This document shows positions 41,836 through 51,449 of a stretch of 64,000 bases of DNA, in pieces; position 1 is the first letter of the stretch, and each line of letters begins with the position of its first letter. This stretch comes from an uncultured Trueperaceae bacterium (GTDB lineage: Bacteria > Deinococcota > Deinococci > Deinococcales > Trueperaceae). The translations under genes were made by a program, and so were the position numbers. Below the pieces are notes generated by a model that ran no database searches, was not told where the DNA came from, and worked only from the letters and a program-made list of their open reading frames with translations. The stretch spans positions 352,001-416,000 of the forward strand of contig CAWCXJ010000006.1 in assembly GCA_963799485.1 (NCBI GenBank), read 5' to 3'.

Positions 41836-42678
41836 ATGGACATTCTGGTCAACGCAGGCTGCAAGCTAGGCGAAAATCCCCTGTGGGATGAGCGGGAAGA
41901 CTGCCTCTACTGGACGGACATCGACGGCGGGACGCTCCACCGCCATAAAAAAGGTCGGCATGAGGTGATCTATCAGGGTGAAAAGGTCGGCGGCTTTACC
42001 TTGCAAGCAGACGGCAGTTTGCTGCTCTTTCGGGTGGCAGACATCGCGCGGCTCGCGCCAGGCCGTGAAGCCCAAACGCTCTTAGAGGTTCATGAACCCG
42101 GTATGGAACGCTTTAACGATGTGATTGCCACCCCCACCGGAGACGTATTCGCCGGAACCATCGGCAGCTCTGAAACGTCGGGCGGCGTCTACCGGGTGTT
42201 TCAAAACGGTGTTCTCGAGAAACTCTGGGACGGCGCACATATCGCCAACGGCATGGGGTTTTCGCCCGACCTCAGGCACTTTTACTGGACGGATTCGGAC
42301 GCGCGGCATCTCTACCGCTTTGACTACGACAGGGCGACGCAAGCCTTGACCGGACGCGAGCTGATTTATGAAGTCCCGGAAGCCGAAGGCGTTCCCGACG
42401 GTTTGGCTGTCGCTACGGACGGGACGTTTTTCTCCGCGCGTTACGGCGGCAGCAGCCTCGTCCACCATGCCGCCGACGGACGTGTTTTAGAGAGGCTTGC
42501 CGTAGACGCCAAAAACGTGACCTCGGCAGCGTTCGGGGGCGCAGCGTTCAAAACGCTTTACGTGACGAGTGCGGCGGGCGAAGGGTCGGGGGCCGGGGCG
42601 GTTTTTGTACACCATTTTGAAAACGGCGCGAAGCTGAGCGGGCGACAGAAGTTTTACTCTCGGGTCCTGCTCGAATAG
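41836..42678 (+). CDS. SMP-30/gluconolactonase/LRE family protein
   Basis: LGENPLWD, RFND, ANGMGFSPD, PDGLA, VTSAAFGG; start ATG 41836. Confidence 0.9.
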   Translation: MDILVNAGCKLGENPLWDEREDCLYWTDIDGGTLHRHKKGRHEVIYQGEKVGGFTLQADGSLLLFRVADIARLAPGREAQTLLEVHEPGMERFNDVIATPTGDVFAGTIGSSETSGGVYRVFQNGVLEKLWDGAHIANGMGFSPDLRHFYWTDSDARHLYRFDYDRATQALTGRELIYEVPEAEGVPDGLAVATDGTFFSARYGGSSLVHHAADGRVLERLAVDAKNVTSAAFGGAAFKTLYVTSAAGEGSGAGAVFVHHFENGAKLSGRQKFYSRVLLE

Positions 42679-42708
42679 CCGCGCCTGAAGTGCTCCGCCG
42701 AAGGTGGT

Positions 42709-43926
42709 TTACAAGTGACGCTTCTTATCGACGACGTTTTGCAGCACCGCCTCGAGCTTAGCCGCGAGCAGGTCGCGTGAAAACTCCCTTGCGGCCAGCG
42801 CGCGCGCGTTTTGTCCATACGTTTTACGCAGCTCCGGCTGCGCCGCCAGATATTCAGCCTTGTCCGCGAAGTCGGCGGCGTCATCAGGGCGCACAAATAC
42901 GCCCGCCTCGTTTTTTTCGATCAGGTCGCCTAACCAGCCGGGCATGTTGGTCAGCACAGGTTTTCCGGCAGACAGGGAGTCGAACATCTTGTTAGGCGAA
43001 CAAGTGTAGAGAACCGGCACATTTTTGTAGATGGTCAGGCAGACGTCGGCTGCGGCGACCAGGCGGGCGAGGTCGTTACGGTGCAAGTTCCAGCTCGAGA
43101 AGACGACGTTACCGAGATTGTCACGAACTCGGCGCGCCTCGAGCAGCTCGCGTTCACGCCCGTCGCCGTGCAGCACGATGGCGATATCGTCTCTGCCCCG
43201 GCGTTTGAGTTCTGCTGCGCCGTCGAGGACAAACGACAAGCCGTTGGCTTCGCCCATCGTGCCGAAGTAGAGCAAGACCGTTTTATCCGCGAGCCCCAAC
43301 TTCTCTCTAAACTCGCTGCCGTCTAATCCCGGTCGGAACAGCTCGAGGTCTGAAGCGTTGGGAATAACCGTGACGTTTTGGGGCGACACGCCTTGCTTGA
43401 GTACGCCCGCTTTCATTCCGGGTGAGAGCGCCACGACGTGCGCGGCGTTGCGGTAGGCGAGACGCTTGAGCAGCCCGGCTCCGTAGATAGCCGGCGGTGA
43501 GTTCAGCGCGCCCATCGCCACAGGCGCTTCCGGCCAGAGGTCGCGCACTTCGAAAACCATCGGTACCCGTTTAAGCCTCGCGGCCAAGATTCCCGGCAGC
43601 GCAATGGTCAGAGGCGTGCTGGTTGCAAAAACTACATCGGCGCGGAGTGAACGCGCCCGCTGCGCTGCGCCGAAGGCGAAGCTGAAAAAGGTGCGAATCC
43701 GCTCCGCGTTGCTCTGCCGGTTCGAGTAGGGGATCGGCAGTGAGTGAACCTGAATTCCTTCGATGTCGCGCGTAAACCAGCCGGGCTGGTCGCGCGTTTC
43801 GTTGCTCGAGGTCAGCAGATGCACCGTGTGCCCCTTGGCGACGAGCCGCCGCGCCATCTCATAAGAGCGGATACCTCCCACCCGGTCGGGTGTCGTAAAG
43901 TACTGGTGGAGGTAGATAATTTTCAT
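42709..43926 (-). CDS. Glycosyltransferase family 4 (WbuB-like)
   Basis: YLHQYF, ATSTPL, FEVRDLWPE, IPNASD, SPNKMFD. Confidence 0.9.
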   Translation of the reverse strand: MKIIYLHQYFTTPDRVGGIRSYEMARRLVAKGHTVHLLTSSNETRDQPGWFTRDIEGIQVHSLPIPYSNRQSNAERIRTFFSFAFGAAQRARSLRADVVFATSTPLTIALPGILAARLKRVPMVFEVRDLWPEAPVAMGALNSPPAIYGAGLLKRLAYRNAAHVVALSPGMKAGVLKQGVSPQNVTVIPNASDLELFRPGLDGSEFREKLGLADKTVLLYFGTMGEANGLSFVLDGAAELKRRGRDDIAIVLHGDGRERELLEARRVRDNLGNVVFSSWNLHRNDLARLVAAADVCLTIYKNVPVLYTCSPNKMFDSLSAGKPVLTNMPGWLGDLIEKNEAGVFVRPDDAADFADKAEYLAAQPELRKTYGQNARALAAREFSRDLLAAKLEAVLQNVVDKKRHL

Positions 43927-44403
43927 GAATAAAAGCGTAGCACGCCGCTCCTACCCCTGAAGAAGCAAATGTCTACTTTTTTGACCGACAAACAGCGTCC
44001 GCTTACAACTTTTGCGGGCGTGGCTGTCGTAACTGACGTATCCGTATTTGCGCTGAGTGTCCGTGGGTAAGAGATTTAAGTAGTCCCCGACTTTAGGTGC
44101 TGTGACAGTACTCCGAAAGAAAAAGAATATGTGACTCCGAGAGAGTATGGGCTGGACGGCTCTTGATAAAAGGTGTAAACCATAGAAGCTATCAACGACC
44201 GAAGAATATTTGCTGTAACCCCTGTACTGTGCCCCTGTGGTGTAATTACTGTAGTGTGCTCATCACAAAGTGCAAAAAATAACTCTCAGACGGCTTCTTG
44301 CAACTGCACCAGCGATACTTCACAATTTTGCTATGGTGAACTAAGTAGGCTTTAAGGAAATTTTACAAGAGGTCAAAGGGGCCGTTATGAAAGTCGGTAT
44401 TTT

Positions 44404-45711
44404 ATGAAAGTCAGCATTTTCGGACTCGGATACGTCGGTACCGTAAGTATAGCTTGTATGGCCCACGACGGACATGAGGTCGTCGGCGTCGACGTAAACG
44501 CCGCCAAGGTCGAGATGCTTGGTAAGGGCCAGTCGAGCATCATCGAACCGCAACTCGACGCGCTTTTGCAAGCAGGGGTCGCAGCCGGACGCATCACCGC
44601 GACTACGGACGTGACGCAAGCCGTCGCCGCGTCCGACGTATCGCTTATCAGCGTCGGCACGCCGCCCTGTAACGGTGGCGGCCCGAATCTCAACTACGTC
44701 AGGAGTGTTTGCCTCGAGCTGGGCCGCGCTGTCCGCGCCAAAGCTCGAGCACATACGGTGGTGCTGCGGAGTACGGTGCCACCCGGCACCCTGGAGAGCT
44801 GTCATGAACTCACGCAAAGGGAGGCCGGCGATACAAAAGTACATACTGCTTTTAACCCCGAGTTTTTACGGGAGGGTTCAGCCGTCCGCGATTACACCGA
44901 ACCGCCCTATATCATTATCGGTACCGACGATGAGGTAGCAGAAAATACCGTCCGCGAGCTTTTTGCGAAGGTCGACGCGCCGGTCGTTCGGGTTCAGCCT
45001 GCTGTTGCCGAGCTGATCAAATACACCGCTAACGCCTGGCACGCGACCAAGATCACTTTTGCCAACGAGATCGGCCGTATTGCCAACGCCTTCGAGGTCG
45101 ATGGACGGCAGGTTATGGAACTCGTCACCCAGGACACCAAGCTCAACGTCTCAAAAGCGTACATGCGTCCCGGCTTCGCCTACGGCGGCTCGTGTTTGCC
45201 CAAAGACCTGGCGTCAATTCTCTACTACGCCCAGGCTCGGCGTGTTCCGACGCCGCTTCTCAGCGCCGTTTCGGAGAGCAACAAACAGCTCGTCCAAGCA
45301 GCGCTGGAAGCAGCTTTGGCGACCGGCAAAAGGCGTATCGGGGTGCTGGGGCTGGCGTTCAAAGCCAATACCGACGACCTGCGCGAAAGTCCCGCGGTTC
45401 CTTTGGTCAAACAGCTTTTGGGCGAGGGGCGGCAGCTTACGATTTACGACGCAGCGGTCAACGAGGCCAACTTGCTCGGCGCGAACCTGGGTTACATCCA
45501 GCAAAATCTGCCGCACTTTAGCAATCTGCTCGTGTCCGACATCGGTGAAGCTGTTAGGGACGCCGAACTCATCATCGTGACCTACGGCGCTCGAGCGTTT
45601 GCCGAAGCGCTGATAGACGCCCCACCGGGTAAGGTGGTGCTCGATTTGGCCGGGGTGTTTCCGCAAGGTCAAGTACCCGAACACCTGGACTACCGCGCAC
45701 TCTGCTGGTAA
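44404..45711 (+). CDS. GDP-mannose/UDP-glucose 6-dehydrogenase family (AlgD-like)
   Basis: FGLGYVG, SVGTP, RSTVPPG, NPEFLREG, PGFAYGGSCLPKD, FKANTDDLRES. Confidence 0.9.
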   Translation: MKVSIFGLGYVGTVSIACMAHDGHEVVGVDVNAAKVEMLGKGQSSIIEPQLDALLQAGVAAGRITATTDVTQAVAASDVSLISVGTPPCNGGGPNLNYVRSVCLELGRAVRAKARAHTVVLRSTVPPGTLESCHELTQREAGDTKVHTAFNPEFLREGSAVRDYTEPPYIIIGTDDEVAENTVRELFAKVDAPVVRVQPAVAELIKYTANAWHATKITFANEIGRIANAFEVDGRQVMELVTQDTKLNVSKAYMRPGFAYGGSCLPKDLASILYYAQARRVPTPLLSAVSESNKQLVQAALEAALATGKRRIGVLGLAFKANTDDLRESPAVPLVKQLLGEGRQLTIYDAAVNEANLLGANLGYIQQNLPHFSNLLVSDIGEAVRDAELIIVTYGARAFAEALIDAPPGKVVLDLAGVFPQGQVPEHLDYRALCW

Positions 45712-45925
45712 CTCGAGCCGGAGTTCTCAGGCAGCTTCCGGCTGCTAATACGCCTGGTACGCCCGGAATTGAGTGCGCCCTAGGCGGGTGTCCATTGGCA
45801 GCGTCTGTGTCGGCAAACATTTCATGCAAACCTTTCGTGCAGACGTCCGGGTAGCGTCACGGACACTTTGCCAAACGTGTAAGGGTCTGGTTGTAGGCAC
45901 AAGTTGGGGAGTGATAGGCTCACCT

Positions 45926-48271
45926 ATGACCGGAACTTCCCCGCGAGACACCCCTGACACCGCTTCCGAAACGACTTCGGAACGGTTGGTCTCAGAAAAC
46001 TTTTTGACTGCCATCTTAGACCGGGACGTGGCGCAAGGGGTCACGCAAGTCGTCACCCGCTTTCCGCCCGAACCCAACGGTTACGCGCACATCGGGCACG
46101 CGGTGGCGAGCTACCTGAACTTCGGGCTGGCCCAAGATTACGGCGGCCTGACCCGGCTTCGGCTCGACGACACGAACCCCCTGACCGAAAGGCTCGAGTA
46201 CGCCGAGGGTCTGATTCACGATATGCGCTGGCTCGGCTGGGCGTGGGCGGGGCCGGTCAGTTACGCCTCGAACTATTTTGACGACTTTTACAAGATGGCC
46301 CAAACGCTCATCCGAAACGGCAAAGCGTATGTAGACAGCGTTTCTGAGGAAGAGATGGCGCGGCTTCGTGGCACCGCGACCACGCCCGGTACGCCGAGCC
46401 CCTACCGCGACCGGAGCGTGGAGGAAAACCTAGACTTGTTGGAGCGGATGCGGGTGGGCGAGTTTGACAACGGTGCGCACGTTTTACGGGCTAAAATCGA
46501 CCTGGCAAACAACAACATGAAACTCCGCGACCCGGTGCTCTACCGCATCGTCAACGCGCCGCACTACCGCACGGGGGACGCGTGGCACATCTACCCGAGC
46601 TACGACTTCGCCCAAGCGCCCTCCGACGCGCTCGACGGGGTGACGCATTCGCTCTGCACCTTGGAGTTCAGCGACAACCGCGCCGTTTACGACTGGCTCA
46701 TGGAGAACCTGTGGGACACGCCGAGGCCGCATCAGTACGAGTTCGGGCGGCGAAGCCTCGAGTACACCGTCGTCAGCAAACGCAAACTGATCGAACTCGT
46801 CAACCGGGGCGCGGTGTCAGGTTGGGACGACCCCCGGATGCCGACCTTAGCAGGTTTACGGCGGCGCGGTGTGCGGCCCGAAGCCATCCGCGACTTCGCC
46901 GGACGTATCGGCATTTCGCGGACGAACCGAACGGTCGATATCGCACTTTTGGAATACGCTATCCGCCACGACTTGAGCCCCATCTCACCGCGCGTGATGG
47001 CGGTTTTGGAACCTCTCAAAGTCACGCTGACAAACTACCCTGAAGGGCAAAGCGAGCTGCTCGACGCCTCTTACTGGCCCCATGACGTCCCGAACGAAGG
47101 CTCACGCAAACTCCCCTTCGGTCGTGAACTCTACATCGAACAGAGCGACTTTCAAAGGACACCTGAACGGGGTTTCAAACGCCTTTCGCCGGGGGCCAAG
47201 GTGCGTTTACGGCACGCCTACGTCATCCGCTGCGATGAGGTCATCCAAGACGACGCGGGTTTTGTAACCGAACTGCGCTGCGCCTACGAACCCGATACGC
47301 TGGGTCAAAGCCCGCGCAAAGACGTCGGCGGGGTGATTCACTGGGTTGCGGCGGGTGAGGCCGTTCCGACAGAGTTTCGGCTTTACGACCGGCTTTTTAG
47401 CGTGCCTAACCCCGAAGACGACGACGTCCCGTTTACCGACAAGCTCAACCCCGACTCGCTCCACACCGACCGGGGTTTCGTCGAACCGAGCGTTTTACGT
47501 GACCCGCCCGACACGCACTATCAGTTCGAGCGGCAGGGCTATTTCGTCCGCGATCCGGAGTCGTCCCCCGAACAACTCGTGTTTAACCGCACAATCACCT
47601 TAAAAGATACCTGGGCAAAAACGCACGACGCGCAAGCGCACGCCGGGAGCGCCAGCAGGCCCGAGTCGAGAGACGAAACCAGAGCCGCCGTAAAATCTCG
47701 AGCAAAACCTCAGAGAGCAGCCAGGGACGTGACCGCCGATTTCTCCGCAGACGAGCGGGACCGCTTTAGCACGTTTACGGCTCAGGGGGCGAGCCCTGAA
47801 GAGGCCGCCGTACTCGTTCGGGACAGTGCACTCGGTGACTATTTTAGAGACACCGTAAATGTTCACTCGAGCCCGCAACTCGCCAGCTGGGTCGTCGGTG
47901 ACGTGGCGCACGAACACAAGCTAAACGGCACCTTCAAGGTGTCGCCGCAAAAGCTGGCGGAACTCGTCTCTTTAGTTGATGACGGCACGCTCAGCACGCG
48001 GCTTGCCAAAGAGGTGTTTACCGAGATGGCAAAAACGGGGCAGAGCGCGCCGGAGATCGTCGGGGCGCGGGGGCTCGAGCAGGTCTCGGACAAAGGCACG
48101 CTGGAGCCGCTTATCGACGCGCTCATCGCCCGCAACCCCGACAAGGCCGACGCCTACCGGGGCGGTAAAACCGGCTTGCTGGGCTTTTTCGTCGGGCAGC
48201 TGATGAAAGAAACCAAAGGGCAAGCCAACCCGCAGTTGGCGCAAGAGCTGGTTAAAGAAAAACTCGGCTAG
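45926..48271 (+). CDS. glnS: Glutamine--tRNA ligase with C-terminal YqeY/GatB domain
   Basis: RFPPEPNGYAHIGH, THSLCTLEF, VSKRKL, WDDPRMPT, FERQGYF, GFFVGQLMKETKGQANP; start ATG 45926. Confidence 0.96.
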   Translation: MTGTSPRDTPDTASETTSERLVSENFLTAILDRDVAQGVTQVVTRFPPEPNGYAHIGHAVASYLNFGLAQDYGGLTRLRLDDTNPLTERLEYAEGLIHDMRWLGWAWAGPVSYASNYFDDFYKMAQTLIRNGKAYVDSVSEEEMARLRGTATTPGTPSPYRDRSVEENLDLLERMRVGEFDNGAHVLRAKIDLANNNMKLRDPVLYRIVNAPHYRTGDAWHIYPSYDFAQAPSDALDGVTHSLCTLEFSDNRAVYDWLMENLWDTPRPHQYEFGRRSLEYTVVSKRKLIELVNRGAVSGWDDPRMPTLAGLRRRGVRPEAIRDFAGRIGISRTNRTVDIALLEYAIRHDLSPISPRVMAVLEPLKVTLTNYPEGQSELLDASYWPHDVPNEGSRKLPFGRELYIEQSDFQRTPERGFKRLSPGAKVRLRHAYVIRCDEVIQDDAGFVTELRCAYEPDTLGQSPRKDVGGVIHWVAAGEAVPTEFRLYDRLFSVPNPEDDDVPFTDKLNPDSLHTDRGFVEPSVLRDPPDTHYQFERQGYFVRDPESSPEQLVFNRTITLKDTWAKTHDAQAHAGSASRPESRDETRAAVKSRAKPQRAARDVTADFSADERDRFSTFTAQGASPEEAAVLVRDSALGDYFRDTVNVHSSPQLASWVVGDVAHEHKLNGTFKVSPQKLAELVSLVDDGTLSTRLAKEVFTEMAKTGQSAPEIVGARGLEQVSDKGTLEPLIDALIARNPDKADAYRGGKTGLLGFFVGQLMKETKGQANPQLAQELVKEKLG

Positions 48272-48993
48272 AGGGCGTAGGTTTTGAGCCGGTCGTAAAG
48301 CGGCGCACAAACCTCGAGCAGCGGTCTTAAGTGTTCGGGAAACGGCTCTGTTTTCGGTTTGTACGGAGCGAAGGTACTCGAGGCGTGAACGTTTTTATAC
48401 CAGTATTTCGCCCACACCCCGTCTTCGGGTTTGGGGCCGACGGGCCAAGCGAGCATCGCCGGTTCAAAGGGTAACTCTAAGGCGCTGCACAGTCCGCGTA
48501 GCACCCGCTCAGGATTTTGCAGGAGCCGTTTAGCTTCGATGACAACAGGCGTTTGACCCGATGCTAAAACCTCCTCCAGCAACTCGACTTGTTCGCGCAA
48601 ACCGGTGTCGCGGAGCGTCGGTTCGGGTAGTTCTTGCGCCAAAGACGGGAGCATCTCAGCCGGGTCACGTATCAGCAGCACGTTGTGCAGCTCACGTAAA
48701 AATGCCCGGTCTAAGCCGGCAAGGTGATGCGCCATATTTTTGAACATCACCACGGATTCATCGTACCGACCCAGCAAAACATTCTGGACGACCCTTACAC
48801 TGTCTGAGTCCATCTCTGCCAAGACCTCAGCTTTACCAGGGTGCGGCGTGTCCGTCAGGTTGAGGTAATGCCCGTAAAGCGGTTCATCGACGACCACCGT
48901 GTCGGGACGTTGCCGAAAACTGTACATCAGCGCCGTCGAAACGTTACGCGGCCCCGACCAGACCGACACGCGTTGGGTCGCAGTTCGGGTCAC
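48268..48993 (-). CDS. Sulfotransferase-like P-loop protein (Sulfotransfer_5 type)
   Basis: WSGPRNVSTALMYSF, VDEPLY, LIRDP, MLAWP.GPKPEDGVWA..WY. Confidence 0.8.
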   Translation of the reverse strand: MTRTATQRVSVWSGPRNVSTALMYSFRQRPDTVVVDEPLYGHYLNLTDTPHPGKAEVLAEMDSDSVRVVQNVLLGRYDESVVMFKNMAHHLAGLDRAFLRELHNVLLIRDPAEMLPSLAQELPEPTLRDTGLREQVELLEEVLASGQTPVVIEAKRLLQNPERVLRGLCSALELPFEPAMLAWPVGPKPEDGVWAKYWYKNVHASSTFAPYKPKTEPFPEHLRPLLEVCAPLYDRLKTYAL

Positions 48994-49919
48994 GCGGTAG
49001 CCTCGGCAACAGCATCTTTGTAAAGTGCACCGAGCCGCGCTGTGACCGGGCCGAAGCCCTCGCCTGCTGTGTTTCCTGCTGTGTTCCCTACTGTGCGCCC
49101 ATCGACCGAAACGACCGGCGTCAGGCTGCCGAAAGTACCGGTTACAAACGCTTCGTCGGCGCTGTAGACCTCGGTCAGCGAAAAAGGCTTCTCAAATGCG
49201 GGGATATCGTGGGCGCGGCAAAGCTCGAGCACCAGCCGCCGAGTAATCCCGTTCAGGCAGTACTGCCCCGTTGACGTCCAGACCTCACCCCGCCGGACGA
49301 TAAAAAAGTTCGTCGCGTTGCACGTCGCGACGAACCCCTCCGGGTCAAGCATCAGCGCTTCGTCCGCGCCCGCGTGAAGCGCCTGTACGAGCGCGACGAC
49401 CTCGTGCAGTTTGCTGTGGCAATTGAGTTTTTGGTCGAGCGTATCGGGCGGTGGACGCCGCACCGTTGCCGTAAAAAGCCTTACGCCCGCCTTCATTACG
49501 TCCGGGTCGGCGCGTTTATGCTCGGCGATGATGACGATCGTAGGGCCACCGACCACCAGACGTGGGTCTTGCGAAGGTGTTTTTTTGGTGCCGCGCGTGA
49601 TCATCAGCCGGACGTGAACATCACTTTGCATGGCGTTTTGCCGGATGGTCGCGTAAAGCGCGTCGGTCAGGTCTTCTCTGGTTTTGCCGATATCGAGGCC
49701 AATTGCTTTTGCCCCTTCAAAAAGACGATCTAGGTGCCGCTCTAAAAAGGCAAACTTGCCGTGGTGCAGCCGGATGCCCTCCCAAACACCGTCGCCGACC
49801 AAAAAGCCGCTGTCGAAAACGGACACCTTGGCCTCGGTACGGGGGAAGAACTCGCCGTTGACGTAGATTTGAACGGTTTCGTTACGGGGGTCGGGTAGAG
49901 ACGCGTGGGTTCCTCGCAT
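48990..49919 (-). CDS. PLP-dependent class IV aminotransferase (BCAT/D-amino acid type)
   Basis: VSVFDSGFLVGDGVWEG, HLDRL, EALMLD, NATNFF, LNGITR, ADEAFVTGT. Confidence 0.9.
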   Translation of the reverse strand: MRGTHASLPDPRNETVQIYVNGEFFPRTEAKVSVFDSGFLVGDGVWEGIRLHHGKFAFLERHLDRLFEGAKAIGLDIGKTREDLTDALYATIRQNAMQSDVHVRLMITRGTKKTPSQDPRLVVGGPTIVIIAEHKRADPDVMKAGVRLFTATVRRPPPDTLDQKLNCHSKLHEVVALVQALHAGADEALMLDPEGFVATCNATNFFIVRRGEVWTSTGQYCLNGITRRLVLELCRAHDIPAFEKPFSLTEVYSADEAFVTGTFGSLTPVVSVDGRTVGNTAGNTAGEGFGPVTARLGALYKDAVAEATA

Positions 49920-49962
49920 GCCTCTACTCTAAAAGAAATAATGTGCCCCGGTTCGGCGTTGC

Positions 49963-50847
49963 CTAGAGAACGGCCTTCGCCTGTTTTTTATCCTCAGTCA
50001 GTTGCGCCTTGAGCGCGTCCAGACTACCGAATTTCTTTTGTACTCGCAGAAAGTGCTCGAACGATACATGCAGCGTCTCTCCGTACAGATCGCCGCTAAA
50101 GTCGAAGAGATGAACCTCCAGAGCGGGCGGTGCGTCCGGATACGAAGGGCGCGGCCCGACGTTTGCCATCCCCGCCAAACGGCCCGTGGGTGTTTCGGCG
50201 TAGACGGCAAAAACGCCGAGCGGAAGCGCTTTTTCCGGCGGCAGCGCGAGGTTGGCGGTGGGAAAACCGATAGTCCGCCCGCGTTTATCACCCTCTACGA
50301 CTGTGCCGAAAACGAGGTAGCTGTAGCCCAAAAACCTGCGCGCCTCCGCGACGTGACCCTTTTGCAGCAGCTCGCGGATATAAGACGACTTGATAGGCTC
50401 CTCTTCAAGCCGCTCCAAGCTGAATACCTCGAGCCGTTCGGTCACGTGTTGCAAATCGTCCAGACCACCGCTGCGCGCGTGTCCAAAACGAAAATCGTCC
50501 CCGACGATGAGGTGTTTGGGGTTGAGCCTTTCGAGCTCGCGTAAAAAGTGCTCTTTGGGCGTTTGGGCGTACGCTCGGCTAAAGGGCGTCATCACCACGG
50601 CGTCCGGGTTGAAGACGCTTAGCAGATAAAGTTTTTCCTCGGCGGAGGAGAGGTAGGGTTTGCCCCGGAAGACGACCTTGGCGGGCGGAAAAAAGGTTAG
50701 AACGACGCTCGGTACCCCGAGTTTTTCAGCGACGTGTTGCGTCCGCCGCAAGAGGAGCTGATGACCGAGATGGACGCCGTCGAAGTTGCCGATGCAGAGC
50801 ACACAACCTTTTAGCGTGAGTTCGTCCGGGGTAGAAACGACCTTCAA
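49963..50847 (-). CDS. ribF: Bifunctional riboflavin kinase/FAD synthetase
   Basis: IGNFDGVHLGH, VGDDFRFG, GRTIGFPTAN, NVGPRP, EVHLFD. Confidence 0.95.
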   Translation of the reverse strand: MKVVSTPDELTLKGCVLCIGNFDGVHLGHQLLLRRTQHVAEKLGVPSVVLTFFPPAKVVFRGKPYLSSAEEKLYLLSVFNPDAVVMTPFSRAYAQTPKEHFLRELERLNPKHLIVGDDFRFGHARSGGLDDLQHVTERLEVFSLERLEEEPIKSSYIRELLQKGHVAEARRFLGYSYLVFGTVVEGDKRGRTIGFPTANLALPPEKALPLGVFAVYAETPTGRLAGMANVGPRPSYPDAPPALEVHLFDFSGDLYGETLHVSFEHFLRVQKKFGSLDALKAQLTEDKKQAKAVL

Positions 50848-51350
50848 GGTAACCTGCTGCGCTTGCCGAGGGCGTAGGTCAGGCCCAGCAGGGTCGGCCC
50901 GCTGCTGGGAATCTCACCACCGGCGATACGCTGCCACGTGTGTTCAAGTGGTTTCCAGAAAACCTCGAAATCGTCCTCTTCGTCGCCTGCGAGCTGACGT
51001 TCGAACAGCTCGGTCGCTTCAAACACATAGACCTTTTCGTCGGTAAACCCGGGACTCGAGAACACCTCGGCAACAAGCGTCAGCGTCCCGCCGAGGCCCA
51101 CCTCTTCAGCGAGCTCGCGCGCCGCTGCCGCTTCAGGCGTTTCGCCCGCGTCGACGAGACCTGCCGGAAGTTCCCAGGTTTTTTGCCCGATTGCCGGACG
51201 GTCTTGGGCGACCAGCAAGATCTCGAGCTGCCCGTTAAGCTCACGTAGCACGAGTACGGCGACCGCCGGAACGTGCTCGACGACCTCCCAGCGGTCTGCC
51301 AGCTTGACGACGCGAATAACTTTGCCGTCGTAGATAATTTTTTTGGTCAC
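50844..51350 (-). CDS. Nudix hydrolase (ADP-ribose pyrophosphatase-like)
   Basis: ELPAGLVDAGETPEAAAARELAEEVG, SPGFTDE. Confidence 0.9.
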   Translation of the reverse strand: MTKKIIYDGKVIRVVKLADRWEVVEHVPAVAVLVLRELNGQLEILLVAQDRPAIGQKTWELPAGLVDAGETPEAAAARELAEEVGLGGTLTLVAEVFSSPGFTDEKVYVFEATELFERQLAGDEEDDFEVFWKPLEHTWQRIAGGEIPSSGPTLLGLTYALGKRSRLP

Positions 51351-51449
51351 CAGAGACCTCGAGCCGTAGCAATGCTGTTCACACGGTCACTATGACGTAA
51401 AAGGCAGGTTGTCAAAGGTGCCTCAGCTGACGGAGACACCTTTTTGAAG

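Noticed and set aside
45926..48271. GlnRS-YqeY fusion as a novelty
   Set aside because: Already described in Deinococcus; useful only as a taxonomic marker
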